NCBI GenBank assembly: GCA_965205015.1
Contig: OZ242029.1
Location: forward strand, 1,632,001-1,696,000
Direction: 5' to 3'
DNA length: 64,000 nucleotides
From: Candidatus Poribacteria bacterium
Lineage (GTDB): Bacteria > Poribacteria > WGA-4E > WGA-3G
Shown in pieces: positions 55,897 through 64,000 of the stretch; the first letter of the stretch is position 1; each line of letters opens with the position of its first letter. The notes beneath the pieces are model-generated. The model worked only from the letters and a program-made list of their open reading frames with translations, had not been told where the DNA came from and did no database searches. The position numbers were made by a program, and so were the translations under genes.

Positions 55897-58398
55897 ATGA
55901 ACACCCAATCCCACGAGGGACACACCCCCGATACTTCCATTGATCTGCGAACCGGACGCGTTGAGGAAACGATACTTGAAAATCCGGAACTCGTCCAAGC
56001 AATTGAGAGCCACCTGCCCGAGACGGTCCCTTCCCAAATTGACCGTTTCATCCAGCAGTACCTCCGATTAGAACATCTGAAAGCGTTCTTGGCGGCGACT
56101 CCGACTGCCAAGGAGGGTTTTGAAGCCTTACTTGATAAAGCCACGCGTGCCCTCTCATATCAACGTCCGTATCGGATCGCCTTGGTTGGCCGGACGGGTG
56201 TTGGGAAAACGCAAGTGCTGAATACCTTGGTCGGTAGAGAACTCTTAGCCAGTCAGCAGGGACAACCCGTGACCGGCGCTATTACGGAGATTTTCCAAGA
56301 CGCTTCTGAAGGCGAAGAGCGGGCAGTGATCCAGTACAGAGATATGGGAAATATCCGCAGACTCATCCAACAGGAACTCATTGAGCGGTTTGGGTTAACC
56401 AACGCGGATTTAGGGATGCCAGATGAACTGAGTGAAGAATTTGCTACGACGCTTCGAGAGATAGAACCCCCTTTGGGCAATGATCCCGAACGCTTTAAAA
56501 ATGTGCAAACCGCACTTGCAAATGTGATTGATCAGTATCTTCGTTTCAAAGATGCGGATGTGCCGACAGAATTCTCCTTGGCAGATAAGGATGCGTGTGC
56601 GGAACTTAATTCATTGATTACCGAGAACAGCGAACGGAATCAGGATGAAAACACTCGGATAGTCGGGTTAGTCCACTCGGTTGCTTATTACATTCACGGC
56701 GACGTTCATCAGGAAATCGTGCCGGAACTGCAGCTGCCACGGAACACCTGCCTTGTTGATCTGCCCGGTATTTCAGGGGCACCCTTGCACGACATCATTA
56801 TCACTGAAGGAATTCAGGACGCCGATGCCGTGGTGTTCATCGTGAATCCGAAGCGGGTGGGTCAATCAGATGAAAAGGCATTGGTCGGTCGGATTCGAGA
56901 GGCTATCAGTCTGAATGGCGAGCTGGATGCTGCAGAACAGATTTTCCTTGTTCTCAATGCGATTGATGAAAGTGCTGTTGACCCGGAACGCATGGATAGG
57001 GCACCGATGCTGGAGCTTGCGCGTGAATTGTACGTCGACGCTGGAAAAATGCCGAACCGAGATGGCGATGTCCCGTATTTTGAGTTGTCTGCGTTGGCGG
57101 CATCTTTGGCGCGGGTCCAGTTGCAAGGCGGCACGCTTAGCGACCCACGCAAATATGCGGCTATCGTTCAAACCCTCGCCCCCGATGCGGTCCTCGAACG
57201 CGCGGGGACGGACGCTGAGATTGACCATCGAGCGGTGTTGGCAGGGAGTGGCATCTCAAAATTGGTCACAGCCCTGAACGATTTTGCTGGCACACGCGTT
57301 GCGAAACAGATTCAGACTGCCAACGAGGCGATAACAAAGATTGTGAACCGCCTTATCAGTCAGTATCAGATGCAAGTCGCCTCAAAGTCTTCAAAAATCA
57401 GTGGAGACTTTGAGAGTCGCGATGAGGAGAAGCTCGTTCAACGGTGCCGCGAACTTGAAGATTTACTCTTAACCTTTCGGAATACACAACTGAGGAATAA
57501 GGCAGATTTGACGAGCGAGTTACGCAATCAAGCCAATACACTGTGCGACGGTGTTGACGCAGCCGTCCGGGAACAACTGCCGCATCTGTGGAAAAAAAAT
57601 GTTGCCCGGGATACAGACGTCGTCCGTGCGGTGTCGTCTTATACGGTTCAAGCGCGACAGTTGGTTTCGGAGGTTGAGGCGATGGTCTGGTCGGAGTTGA
57701 CCTTCCGACTGAAGTATCTTGCCACCTCGCTTGTGGATCATTATGAGACTGTGTTTGCAGCGGATGCGATGCAAAAGCAGTTGATTGACGGGAGTTACGG
57801 GCATCCTTTGGCGATGGAAGCGTTTGGAGACACCGCGATCGCGGCACTTTCCTCAGAGATGCGGCGCGGTTTGGAAGAGTTCAGTGAGCGGTTAATCGTG
57901 GCGTTTATTCCGGAGCCAGCGTTCCGTTTCATTTCACCAGGGCAAGACGCAAGGCTCAAGACGAAATCTGCACGCGGGAACCTGAGCGGTTTACCGAGAC
58001 TCCCGAAAGCACTGACCCCCATAAATGGACACAAAAACGGAGGAAAGGTTTTAGCTACCTCTGATGACTTGATGGCAATAGTGGCGCGGATTCCACCGAC
58101 ACCTTATGTCGAACCGAGCGTTTTTGACCCGTTTGTTCAAGCGGTGCGTGAACGTTATGCGTCTGTGGTGCTGGTTAACGGCGTAAACGCACTCGTCAAT
58201 GTGTATGAATACGAGATGTTGAAAGCCGAGCGATCCCTCCATACGAACATTGAGAAGTTATTCCGGCAGTTCCGGGATACGCGACTTTCGGATCCGGCGT
58301 TGTTTGAGCGTATGTTGAGAGATACAACCGATCTGACGGCGCGTCAGGAGATTAACGATCTGAATATGAAAATTGCTGAACTCTCTGAAATACAGTAA
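55897..58398 (+). CDS. Dynamin-like GTPase
   Basis: G1 GRTGVGKT, G2 PVT, G3 LVDLPG, G4-like LNAID, long helical C-terminus. Confidence 0.8.
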   Translation: MNTQSHEGHTPDTSIDLRTGRVEETILENPELVQAIESHLPETVPSQIDRFIQQYLRLEHLKAFLAATPTAKEGFEALLDKATRALSYQRPYRIALVGRTGVGKTQVLNTLVGRELLASQQGQPVTGAITEIFQDASEGEERAVIQYRDMGNIRRLIQQELIERFGLTNADLGMPDELSEEFATTLREIEPPLGNDPERFKNVQTALANVIDQYLRFKDADVPTEFSLADKDACAELNSLITENSERNQDENTRIVGLVHSVAYYIHGDVHQEIVPELQLPRNTCLVDLPGISGAPLHDIIITEGIQDADAVVFIVNPKRVGQSDEKALVGRIREAISLNGELDAAEQIFLVLNAIDESAVDPERMDRAPMLELARELYVDAGKMPNRDGDVPYFELSALAASLARVQLQGGTLSDPRKYAAIVQTLAPDAVLERAGTDAEIDHRAVLAGSGISKLVTALNDFAGTRVAKQIQTANEAITKIVNRLISQYQMQVASKSSKISGDFESRDEEKLVQRCRELEDLLLTFRNTQLRNKADLTSELRNQANTLCDGVDAAVREQLPHLWKKNVARDTDVVRAVSSYTVQARQLVSEVEAMVWSELTFRLKYLATSLVDHYETVFAADAMQKQLIDGSYGHPLAMEAFGDTAIAALSSEMRRGLEEFSERLIVAFIPEPAFRFISPGQDARLKTKSARGNLSGLPRLPKALTPINGHKNGGKVLATSDDLMAIVARIPPTPYVEPSVFDPFVQAVRERYASVVLVNGVNALVNVYEYEMLKAERSLHTNIEKLFRQFRDTRLSDPALFERMLRDTTDLTARQEINDLNMKIAELSEIQ

Positions 58399-58482
58399 CA
58401 TTGGGGCGGTGCCATCTGCCCTTAATACCCAATTTTATCAATGATAGGACTTACGCAAATTTAGCAAATACCGGGCTTATGG

Positions 58483-60804
58483 CTACAAAAAATAGCCGAG
58501 GTCCTGAATGAATGTCCGATTTGTTGCAGCAAATGCAAGGTATTGCGGGGACATGCTTAGAGAAGTGATTGCCTCATTATTAATCATCTCAGCTGGTATC
58601 TCCAGCAAATCATACTTCTTAATTCCTCGAAATTTTGTTTCCGCGAACAACTTTCGCCAATGGGGTTTCCAGTATAGACGCTTATTGAGAAAAACTGCGC
58701 GCATAAAAGAGGAATCTATAGTCATGCGACATAATTTTCTATCTTTTGTGGCTACTATAAAATGGTTGAAATCAAAATACGGCCTATCAATGTCATCTGC
58801 CAGGTCATTTGTAATGATAGAAGTAAATTCATCACGCAATTTCCAACTATAATGCGGATGTTCCGTGGTTCCAATCCGCCACATTTTAAATAGGTTATCC
58901 GTATCTTTTGATAACCAGAACTTCCCGAAGTGGCCGTGCTTGATAAAACCTACCCAAGTAACAGGGGCCGAATGTCGCCTCCAAACAGACTCTTCTTTAT
59001 CAACCCATGGTAGGTGAAGTTGGACTGTTCCATCTTGCCCCGCAGAGGCGATGTGTCCACCATCGGACGACCATGAGACCCAATTAACCCATCCTTTATG
59101 TCTGCTAAGTGTTTGCTTATTTTTTTTCTCAACTACGTCCCACAATTTAATGGTCTTGTCCCGACTACCCGAGACGAGAAACGGGCCGTCGGGGGCAAAC
59201 GCAATAGAGGTAATAAAGTCAGTGTGCTCCGTGAGTTCAGCGGATCTCCGAGTTTTTAGTTCATGCAATTGGATAGAGTTTTCCGCCGCTACGGCTAAGA
59301 ACATGCTGTCGCTGGAAAAAGCAACGGAAGTGACCGCATACCCAGCATCCAAGACATACGCAGCATCGACAAACGGACCCTCCAAAAGGACAGGTTTCCG
59401 CGTTCTCTTCGCGGAAACATCTATCTCCGCGGAAACATCCCATAGATAGACAGTTGAACCTGTCACTGTCGCGAGGTGTTTGCTATCTGGAGAAATGGCA
59501 ACCGACGATACAGCGTTAGGGTGGTCAATGATTGCCTGCCCGCTTTCCGTGTACGTAACAGTAGGGTTGTCGGTTGTATCCTTCTTTTTCTTTCTGATCG
59601 AGGGGGTGTCATGCTTGTCCTCTTTTTTCTCGGTTGTGATCGAGGGGGTGTCATGCTTGTCCTCTTTTTTCTCGGTTGCGAGGATCTTCAGAGGGCCTCG
59701 CACGGGAGCGTATTCGGTCTCAGGCATGGATTCAAACACTGTAAGTCCGAAAGAATTTTCAAGGTGAATTTTCAAGCCTGGGAGCCTTGAACTACCCCCT
59801 ACCAAGTGGATTACCGGTTCTTCTCTGCCCTTATCCTTCAGTTCCGCTTTAATCCTTTCTATATGAGGCTTAACTGCCTCGCCTATACGCTCGACTTGTG
59901 TATCAATAATCGGCTGAATATCGTCTTTGGTCAATACGACTGTTTGTCCTCGGAGGACGGATATCTGGTGCCTTAAGCTGTCCCAACTTTCGGGATAATC
60001 ACAATATTCCTCTTTACAGCGGCGGACCTGCCTCCGGAAAAATATTCTGTCTGCCGCTACTTGGTTGCTATTGTTGCTTTTTCTTTTGACAACCTTAAGC
60101 AGCTCGGCGTCCACATCTCTGCCTCCGATTGTTTTGCAGTCTGTGATTTCTATATTGTAGGGATTGCTATCGTCCTCTGAACGGTGTAGATAACTAAAGT
60201 CTAATGTCCAGCCCCCGCAGTCCAGGATCACAATGTCATCCGTAGTTTTTGCGCCCATGGCTTGAAACATCTGTGCTGCTGCTAAAGGCTCCGCTACGAC
60301 CTCGATCGTCTCGAACCCTGCGTTCTTGGCACTTGTCATCAAAATTGCTATCTGATCAGAGTCATATCGTGGGGTATACGTGAGATAGACTGTAGTTGGC
60401 GGCTTCCTTCCAACAAAAACAGGATGCTTTCTTGCCTTTTCGCACAGTTCGGTAAGGAATACAGTCATTAGGTGTTCCGAGGGGTTTGTCTTGCTGGGAT
60501 CTACGCCGAGTAACTTAGAAAGTCGTTTTTGATACCTCCCCAAATCCCTTTTAAAATCCAGTATGGGATTCCATTTTCTTGAAGTTGTTTTAAGTTTCAA
60601 GTCGTGTTCAATGATACGTTCAGCTTCTTCACCTACAATTATCTTTCCGGAGTTCTTTTCACTGGCAAAAACACTCGGAGTGTAAGGCTTAGAGTTCTCT
60701 CCCCACGTCATGAGTTCTATTTGCTCTGTATTTGGATTATAGAACGCCATTTTCGTGCGTGTATGGCCGAAATCTATAGAAACTGCGTCGTTAATATCAG
60801 TCAT
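58483..60804 (-). CDS. Hsp70-like ATPase fused to WD40 repeats
   Basis: SIDFGHTRT, TPSV, AEPLAAA, LDCGGWTLD, GGRDVD, LVGGSSRLP; WD40 units HTDFITSIAFAPDG..SGSRDKTIKLWD. Confidence 0.88.
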   Translation of the reverse strand: MTDINDAVSIDFGHTRTKMAFYNPNTEQIELMTWGENSKPYTPSVFASEKNSGKIIVGEEAERIIEHDLKLKTTSRKWNPILDFKRDLGRYQKRLSKLLGVDPSKTNPSEHLMTVFLTELCEKARKHPVFVGRKPPTTVYLTYTPRYDSDQIAILMTSAKNAGFETIEVVAEPLAAAQMFQAMGAKTTDDIVILDCGGWTLDFSYLHRSEDDSNPYNIEITDCKTIGGRDVDAELLKVVKRKSNNSNQVAADRIFFRRQVRRCKEEYCDYPESWDSLRHQISVLRGQTVVLTKDDIQPIIDTQVERIGEAVKPHIERIKAELKDKGREEPVIHLVGGSSRLPGLKIHLENSFGLTVFESMPETEYAPVRGPLKILATEKKEDKHDTPSITTEKKEDKHDTPSIRKKKKDTTDNPTVTYTESGQAIIDHPNAVSSVAISPDSKHLATVTGSTVYLWDVSAEIDVSAKRTRKPVLLEGPFVDAAYVLDAGYAVTSVAFSSDSMFLAVAAENSIQLHELKTRRSAELTEHTDFITSIAFAPDGPFLVSGSRDKTIKLWDVVEKKNKQTLSRHKGWVNWVSWSSDGGHIASAGQDGTVQLHLPWVDKEESVWRRHSAPVTWVGFIKHGHFGKFWLSKDTDNLFKMWRIGTTEHPHYSWKLRDEFTSIITNDLADDIDRPYFDFNHFIVATKDRKLCRMTIDSSFMRAVFLNKRLYWKPHWRKLFAETKFRGIKKYDLLEIPAEMINNEAITSLSMSPQYLAFAATNRTFIQDLGYFL
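59595..59678. repeat. Perfect 42-bp tandem duplication in the Hsp70-WD40 linker
   Basis: tgatcgagggggtgtcatgcttgtcctcttttttctcggttg x2, a 14-codon unit containing TEKKEDKHDTPSI. Confidence 0.95.
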
Positions 60805-60827
60805 TTTGCATTTTCCCCTTGGATTCG

Positions 60828-62609
60828 TTAAAGGCGTTCATATATAGTGCCAAGTCGAAGAGTCGCATGGTCAAGAATCTGATTCAATTCATTGGAACTC
60901 GCCCCATACCTCTCAGTTTCCCAGTAGTCCAAAAGTTCCGAACACTTTTTCTCCTTTTCCGCGGACGTTGAACCGTTAGAAATTCTAAGACGTCTTGAAA
61001 CAGATGTCCCGTTTTGTCCGAAGAGACGCTGGAGTTCTTGTTTCTTTTGATTCGTTATTTCAGAATCCCCAAGCGTGTTCAAAAGATTGAGGCATCTGAT
61101 GTCTTCCTCAAAGAGGTGCGCGTTTTCTTCAATTTTGGCTTTCGTCTGGTGAAGGCTTTCCAACAATTGGTGAATTTGTGCTATTCGCTCTTCTATACTC
61201 GGTATCAAGTCGTTGAGATAGTTTTCGGATGTCTCGTATACATCATAAATCGTGGGCCATGCTGATTCCTTGAGATACGTTTCTAAGGTTTCAAGGTCTT
61301 TAACAATTTGAGGCGTGGCAGCGAATACCTCTTTCCAAGTATGACTGGAATCTTCTACCCGTTGTTTTTCTTGCTTCCAATCCGCCTTGAGTTCCGCTTG
61401 AGCGTGGCGAAACGCTTCGACAGCTACTGGGAAATCCCTGATCCCTTCTCGTGTTTTCGCCAGAACTTTCCGAAAGTTTTCTACAAGTTCCTGGCGTTTT
61501 TGCAAATCACTCTCAAGAGATTCCCGCAACTCCCTAAGCGTGTGTAGATGCGATACAATCGTTTGTAAGATTTTCCTGCTTTCACTCGCAGTGATTCCGG
61601 TTTCGGATTTCAAACTATCCCTTATTTCGGGTTTCAAACTATCCCTAAATTTTTCACCGCCCTGTTTGTGTGCTTCTTCCGCTTCGACACTGTCTTTTAG
61701 GATTTCCACTGCTTTTTCATACACATTTGATACAATTCTGTAGACAGTTAAGACTTTGAGCAGATGAGGGTCAGGGAGATAGGATAATTGTTTTTGCAAA
61801 GCTTCGGTTTCATGCGTGAGAAGTAAAGGAGGTGCCTCGCTTCCGAATTCTTCACGGAGCAATTCACACTTTCTTTCGGCGTTTCCATCTGAGGATTGGA
61901 CGACAATGATGCTGGCTTCGGGGAGAATGCCAAGTGTCTGTTTGTATTCACCAAATTTTGCGCGAATGCTGCGAACAGTTGCCGGATGCACGTCAGAAAT
62001 CACATAAATAAGTACGTGTGGAATAACCCCGTGCTGCGTTGTTGCTGCGTGTTCGCCGTGAAGGAATTGCTGGATTTCTGCGTCAAGGTGTTGCTGCGTG
62101 CTGCCTATGCCGGGGGTATCAATGAGAGCAATATTGTGGCTTCTGAGAAATTCTGAGTTCACAAAAAAGTCTATCAAAGCGGTTTCCGAGACGTTCTTGC
62201 CGCCTGCAATCCAGTCTTTAAGGGTCTCGTTAACATCCTCAAGTGCCAGATCCTCATGCTCCCTCTTGCGCCAATGGACCCGAAACTTATCGGATTGTTT
62301 TTCACTGCCGTATTGGAAGCGATTGATTGTTTCTGTGGTTACAGTATACCCTATAGGCGCACACGTCTCACCGACCATTTCATTTAAGAGGGTTGATTTT
62401 CCTGCTCCTTGTGGGCCCAGGAGAACACCAACGATGGGTTCCTTAGACATTTGCGCACTGAATACAGAAGCCAATCGCGCCTTCAGTTTCCTTGCAAATT
62501 CGGCAGTTTTAGGGTAGGAAAGCAGAAGTTCACAAACATCTTCTGCAAACTCGCGGACGAGTTTTTCGAGGTCTCCGGCGGAAATAGCGTAAGGATTTGG
62601 TGTCGTCAT
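60828..62609 (-). CDS. Dynamin-like GTPase with coiled-coil C-terminus
   Basis: GPQGAGKSTLLN, TVTT, LIDTPG; G4 not recognisable. Confidence 0.78.
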   Translation of the reverse strand: MTTPNPYAISAGDLEKLVREFAEDVCELLLSYPKTAEFARKLKARLASVFSAQMSKEPIVGVLLGPQGAGKSTLLNEMVGETCAPIGYTVTTETINRFQYGSEKQSDKFRVHWRKREHEDLALEDVNETLKDWIAGGKNVSETALIDFFVNSEFLRSHNIALIDTPGIGSTQQHLDAEIQQFLHGEHAATTQHGVIPHVLIYVISDVHPATVRSIRAKFGEYKQTLGILPEASIIVVQSSDGNAERKCELLREEFGSEAPPLLLTHETEALQKQLSYLPDPHLLKVLTVYRIVSNVYEKAVEILKDSVEAEEAHKQGGEKFRDSLKPEIRDSLKSETGITASESRKILQTIVSHLHTLRELRESLESDLQKRQELVENFRKVLAKTREGIRDFPVAVEAFRHAQAELKADWKQEKQRVEDSSHTWKEVFAATPQIVKDLETLETYLKESAWPTIYDVYETSENYLNDLIPSIEERIAQIHQLLESLHQTKAKIEENAHLFEEDIRCLNLLNTLGDSEITNQKKQELQRLFGQNGTSVSRRLRISNGSTSAEKEKKCSELLDYWETERYGASSNELNQILDHATLRLGTIYERL

Positions 62610-64000
62610 TGAAGGGATGTCTCCAACTCTTTTAAAGTCTCGTCAATGTTTTCCAATAATGTCTCTGCTCCAAGTTTTTGACTCTGGTGCTTTTGGCTTT
62701 CGGAACCCAAACTCCTGATTTTTTCCTCGGCTTCTTTCTCAAAACTTTCAAACTCGTTTCCCATTTCTGTTCTGTAAGTTCTAATCAGTTTCTCAAGTTC
62801 GCGATTCGTGTTGTCGTAGGCTAACGTTAGGATACCGTTCAAAATAGTTTCTATCTCAGCAGTTGTCTTTTCCCTTTGCATAATTTCTTCTTCGCGGACT
62901 TTGAAGACCGTTGAGATCGACCAAAGTGCACCCGCGGCAAGTGCCATCAAACCTGATGGCTCAACCAATGCTGCTGCACCCACACCCTTAAAAACTTTCT
63001 CAAAAGTACCTGAGGCTATCATCAGCGGGTACATGAGACTCTGCGGGGTTTGGCTCCGCCTCCACACACTATCGGGTAACTGACGAAGATTGTCTACATA
63101 GCGAATTGATAATTTAACCGCAGGGGATTCAACTGAACCTTCCCAGTGGCGCTGCATCTGCTCAGCTATATCGCGGCACAATTTATCCATGGATTCAATG
63201 TAAGAAAGAAAGATAGGCTCAATTTTCTTGAGGCACACGTCAACATAAAGCCGCTGAATCTCCTCTACCTCTGTTATCAGCCGTTTAGCCTTCATGTCCC
63301 TGAATTGATCCATGACTTCTGTGGTTATGGGTCTGTAGCCATACGCACCAAACGTCTCACTCATTCGGGTTTGTGTGTCTGAAGAAATATCTGCAGCTTT
63401 CTGGTCAAAAGTCGCTTTGAGGGGTTTATAGGTCTCGTTAAACCAGTTTTCAAATTTTGAGAGTTCCTCATTATTGAGACCAACGTGTAGTAGGAAGGTT
63501 TCAACCTCAAATTTGAGTTCCTGTAGAAAATCACGCGATCGGCTGTTGATTTCTTTATCGGTTTCACCCAACTTTTCTTCAAGAAATTCGAGCAGTTGAG
63601 AAAAGTTGCTGGCTTCCAGCGCCTTCTTTTTCTCATTTGGGTCCTGCGTTTGATCGGCCTTCCTTTTTTCTGTCGTACTGACTGAAAAATACTTGATATC
63701 TCCCGGCGGCAGGTCAAGCACTTCCGAAATGATTTGCACGTTGCTGCGCCGCTGTTCCTTCCATGCTCTCGTTTCTATGTATGTGTCGATTTTCGTTTGG
63801 ACGAAATAAATGGCATCTGTAATTGCGCGAAGTCGTTTTAAGGCTTCTTTTTCTGCCTGTGTTATTAGGCCGTTAAGGACAAAAAGAAAGGCGTTCCCAC
63901 TTAACAAGTAAGGCAACCTATCTTCGTCGTCGATCAAATCATCGAGATGTGGGGTGTCCATAATTGCAGTCCAGGTATGATGATTTTTCAAAAAGTCGTT
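62606..64000 (-). CDS. Dynamin-like GTPase, C-terminal part (5' end outside the window)
   Basis: IMDTP, FVQTKID, hydrophobic paddle GVGAAALVEPSGLMALAAGALW; frame open to 64000; ATGA overlap with the next gene. Confidence 0.75.
   Translation of the reverse strand, partial: NDFLKNHHTWTAIMDTPHLDDLIDDEDRLPYLLSGNAFLFVLNGLITQAEKEALKRLRAITDAIYFVQTKIDTYIETRAWKEQRRSNVQIISEVLDLPPGDIKYFSVSTTEKRKADQTQDPNEKKKALEASNFSQLLEFLEEKLGETDKEINSRSRDFLQELKFEVETFLLHVGLNNEELSKFENWFNETYKPLKATFDQKAADISSDTQTRMSETFGAYGYRPITTEVMDQFRDMKAKRLITEVEEIQRLYVDVCLKKIEPIFLSYIESMDKLCRDIAEQMQRHWEGSVESPAVKLSIRYVDNLRQLPDSVWRRSQTPQSLMYPLMIASGTFEKVFKGVGAAALVEPSGLMALAAGALWSISTVFKVREEEIMQREKTTAEIETILNGILTLAYDNTNRELEKLIRTYRTEMGNEFESFEKEAEEKIRSLGSESQKHQSQKLGAETLLENIDETLKELETSLQ

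Noticed and set aside
59595-59678. 42-bp repeat as CRISPR or att site
   Set aside because: Two adjacent in-frame copies with no spacer, so it is a protein-linker duplication.

Overview
Bacterial chromosomal window, most likely from Candidatus Poribacteria. This is inferred from five exported proteins ending in an 'AVExxxKLTTTWGxLK' motif, plus LamG, PhyH and enolase-superfamily genes and abundant REP-like and heptamer repeats. The first 12 kb holds an IS4-family element with clear TIRs and a TSD, and three tnpA-less IS200/IS605 tnpB elements around two tandem HEAT-repeat lipoprotein paralogs. All three tnpB genes sit behind a sigma70 promoter and a covarying, pseudoknotted ~90-nt leader RNA. 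The middle holds mnmA, miaA, an AAA/nuclease protein, hicB with a dead hicA, a DUF488-DUF488-(dual-OB::RecQ) operon, an ABC exporter, metabolic genes, a divergent EF-G and the alpha-2-macroglobulin/pbpC pair. That pair carries many in-frame repeat-element insertions. A cytochrome P460 gene and a CxxCH-bearing porin follow. The last 15 kb looks like an accessory island. It has three ECF-sigma-like ORFs, one of them a 721-aa 'poly-sigma' protein with four sigma-4-like HTHs, a duplicated promoter-plus-gene cassette of small membrane-protein paralogs, three dynamin-like GTPases and an Hsp70-WD40 fusion. No rRNA, tRNA or CRISPR array was seen. All family calls come from reading motifs by eye, not from database searches.
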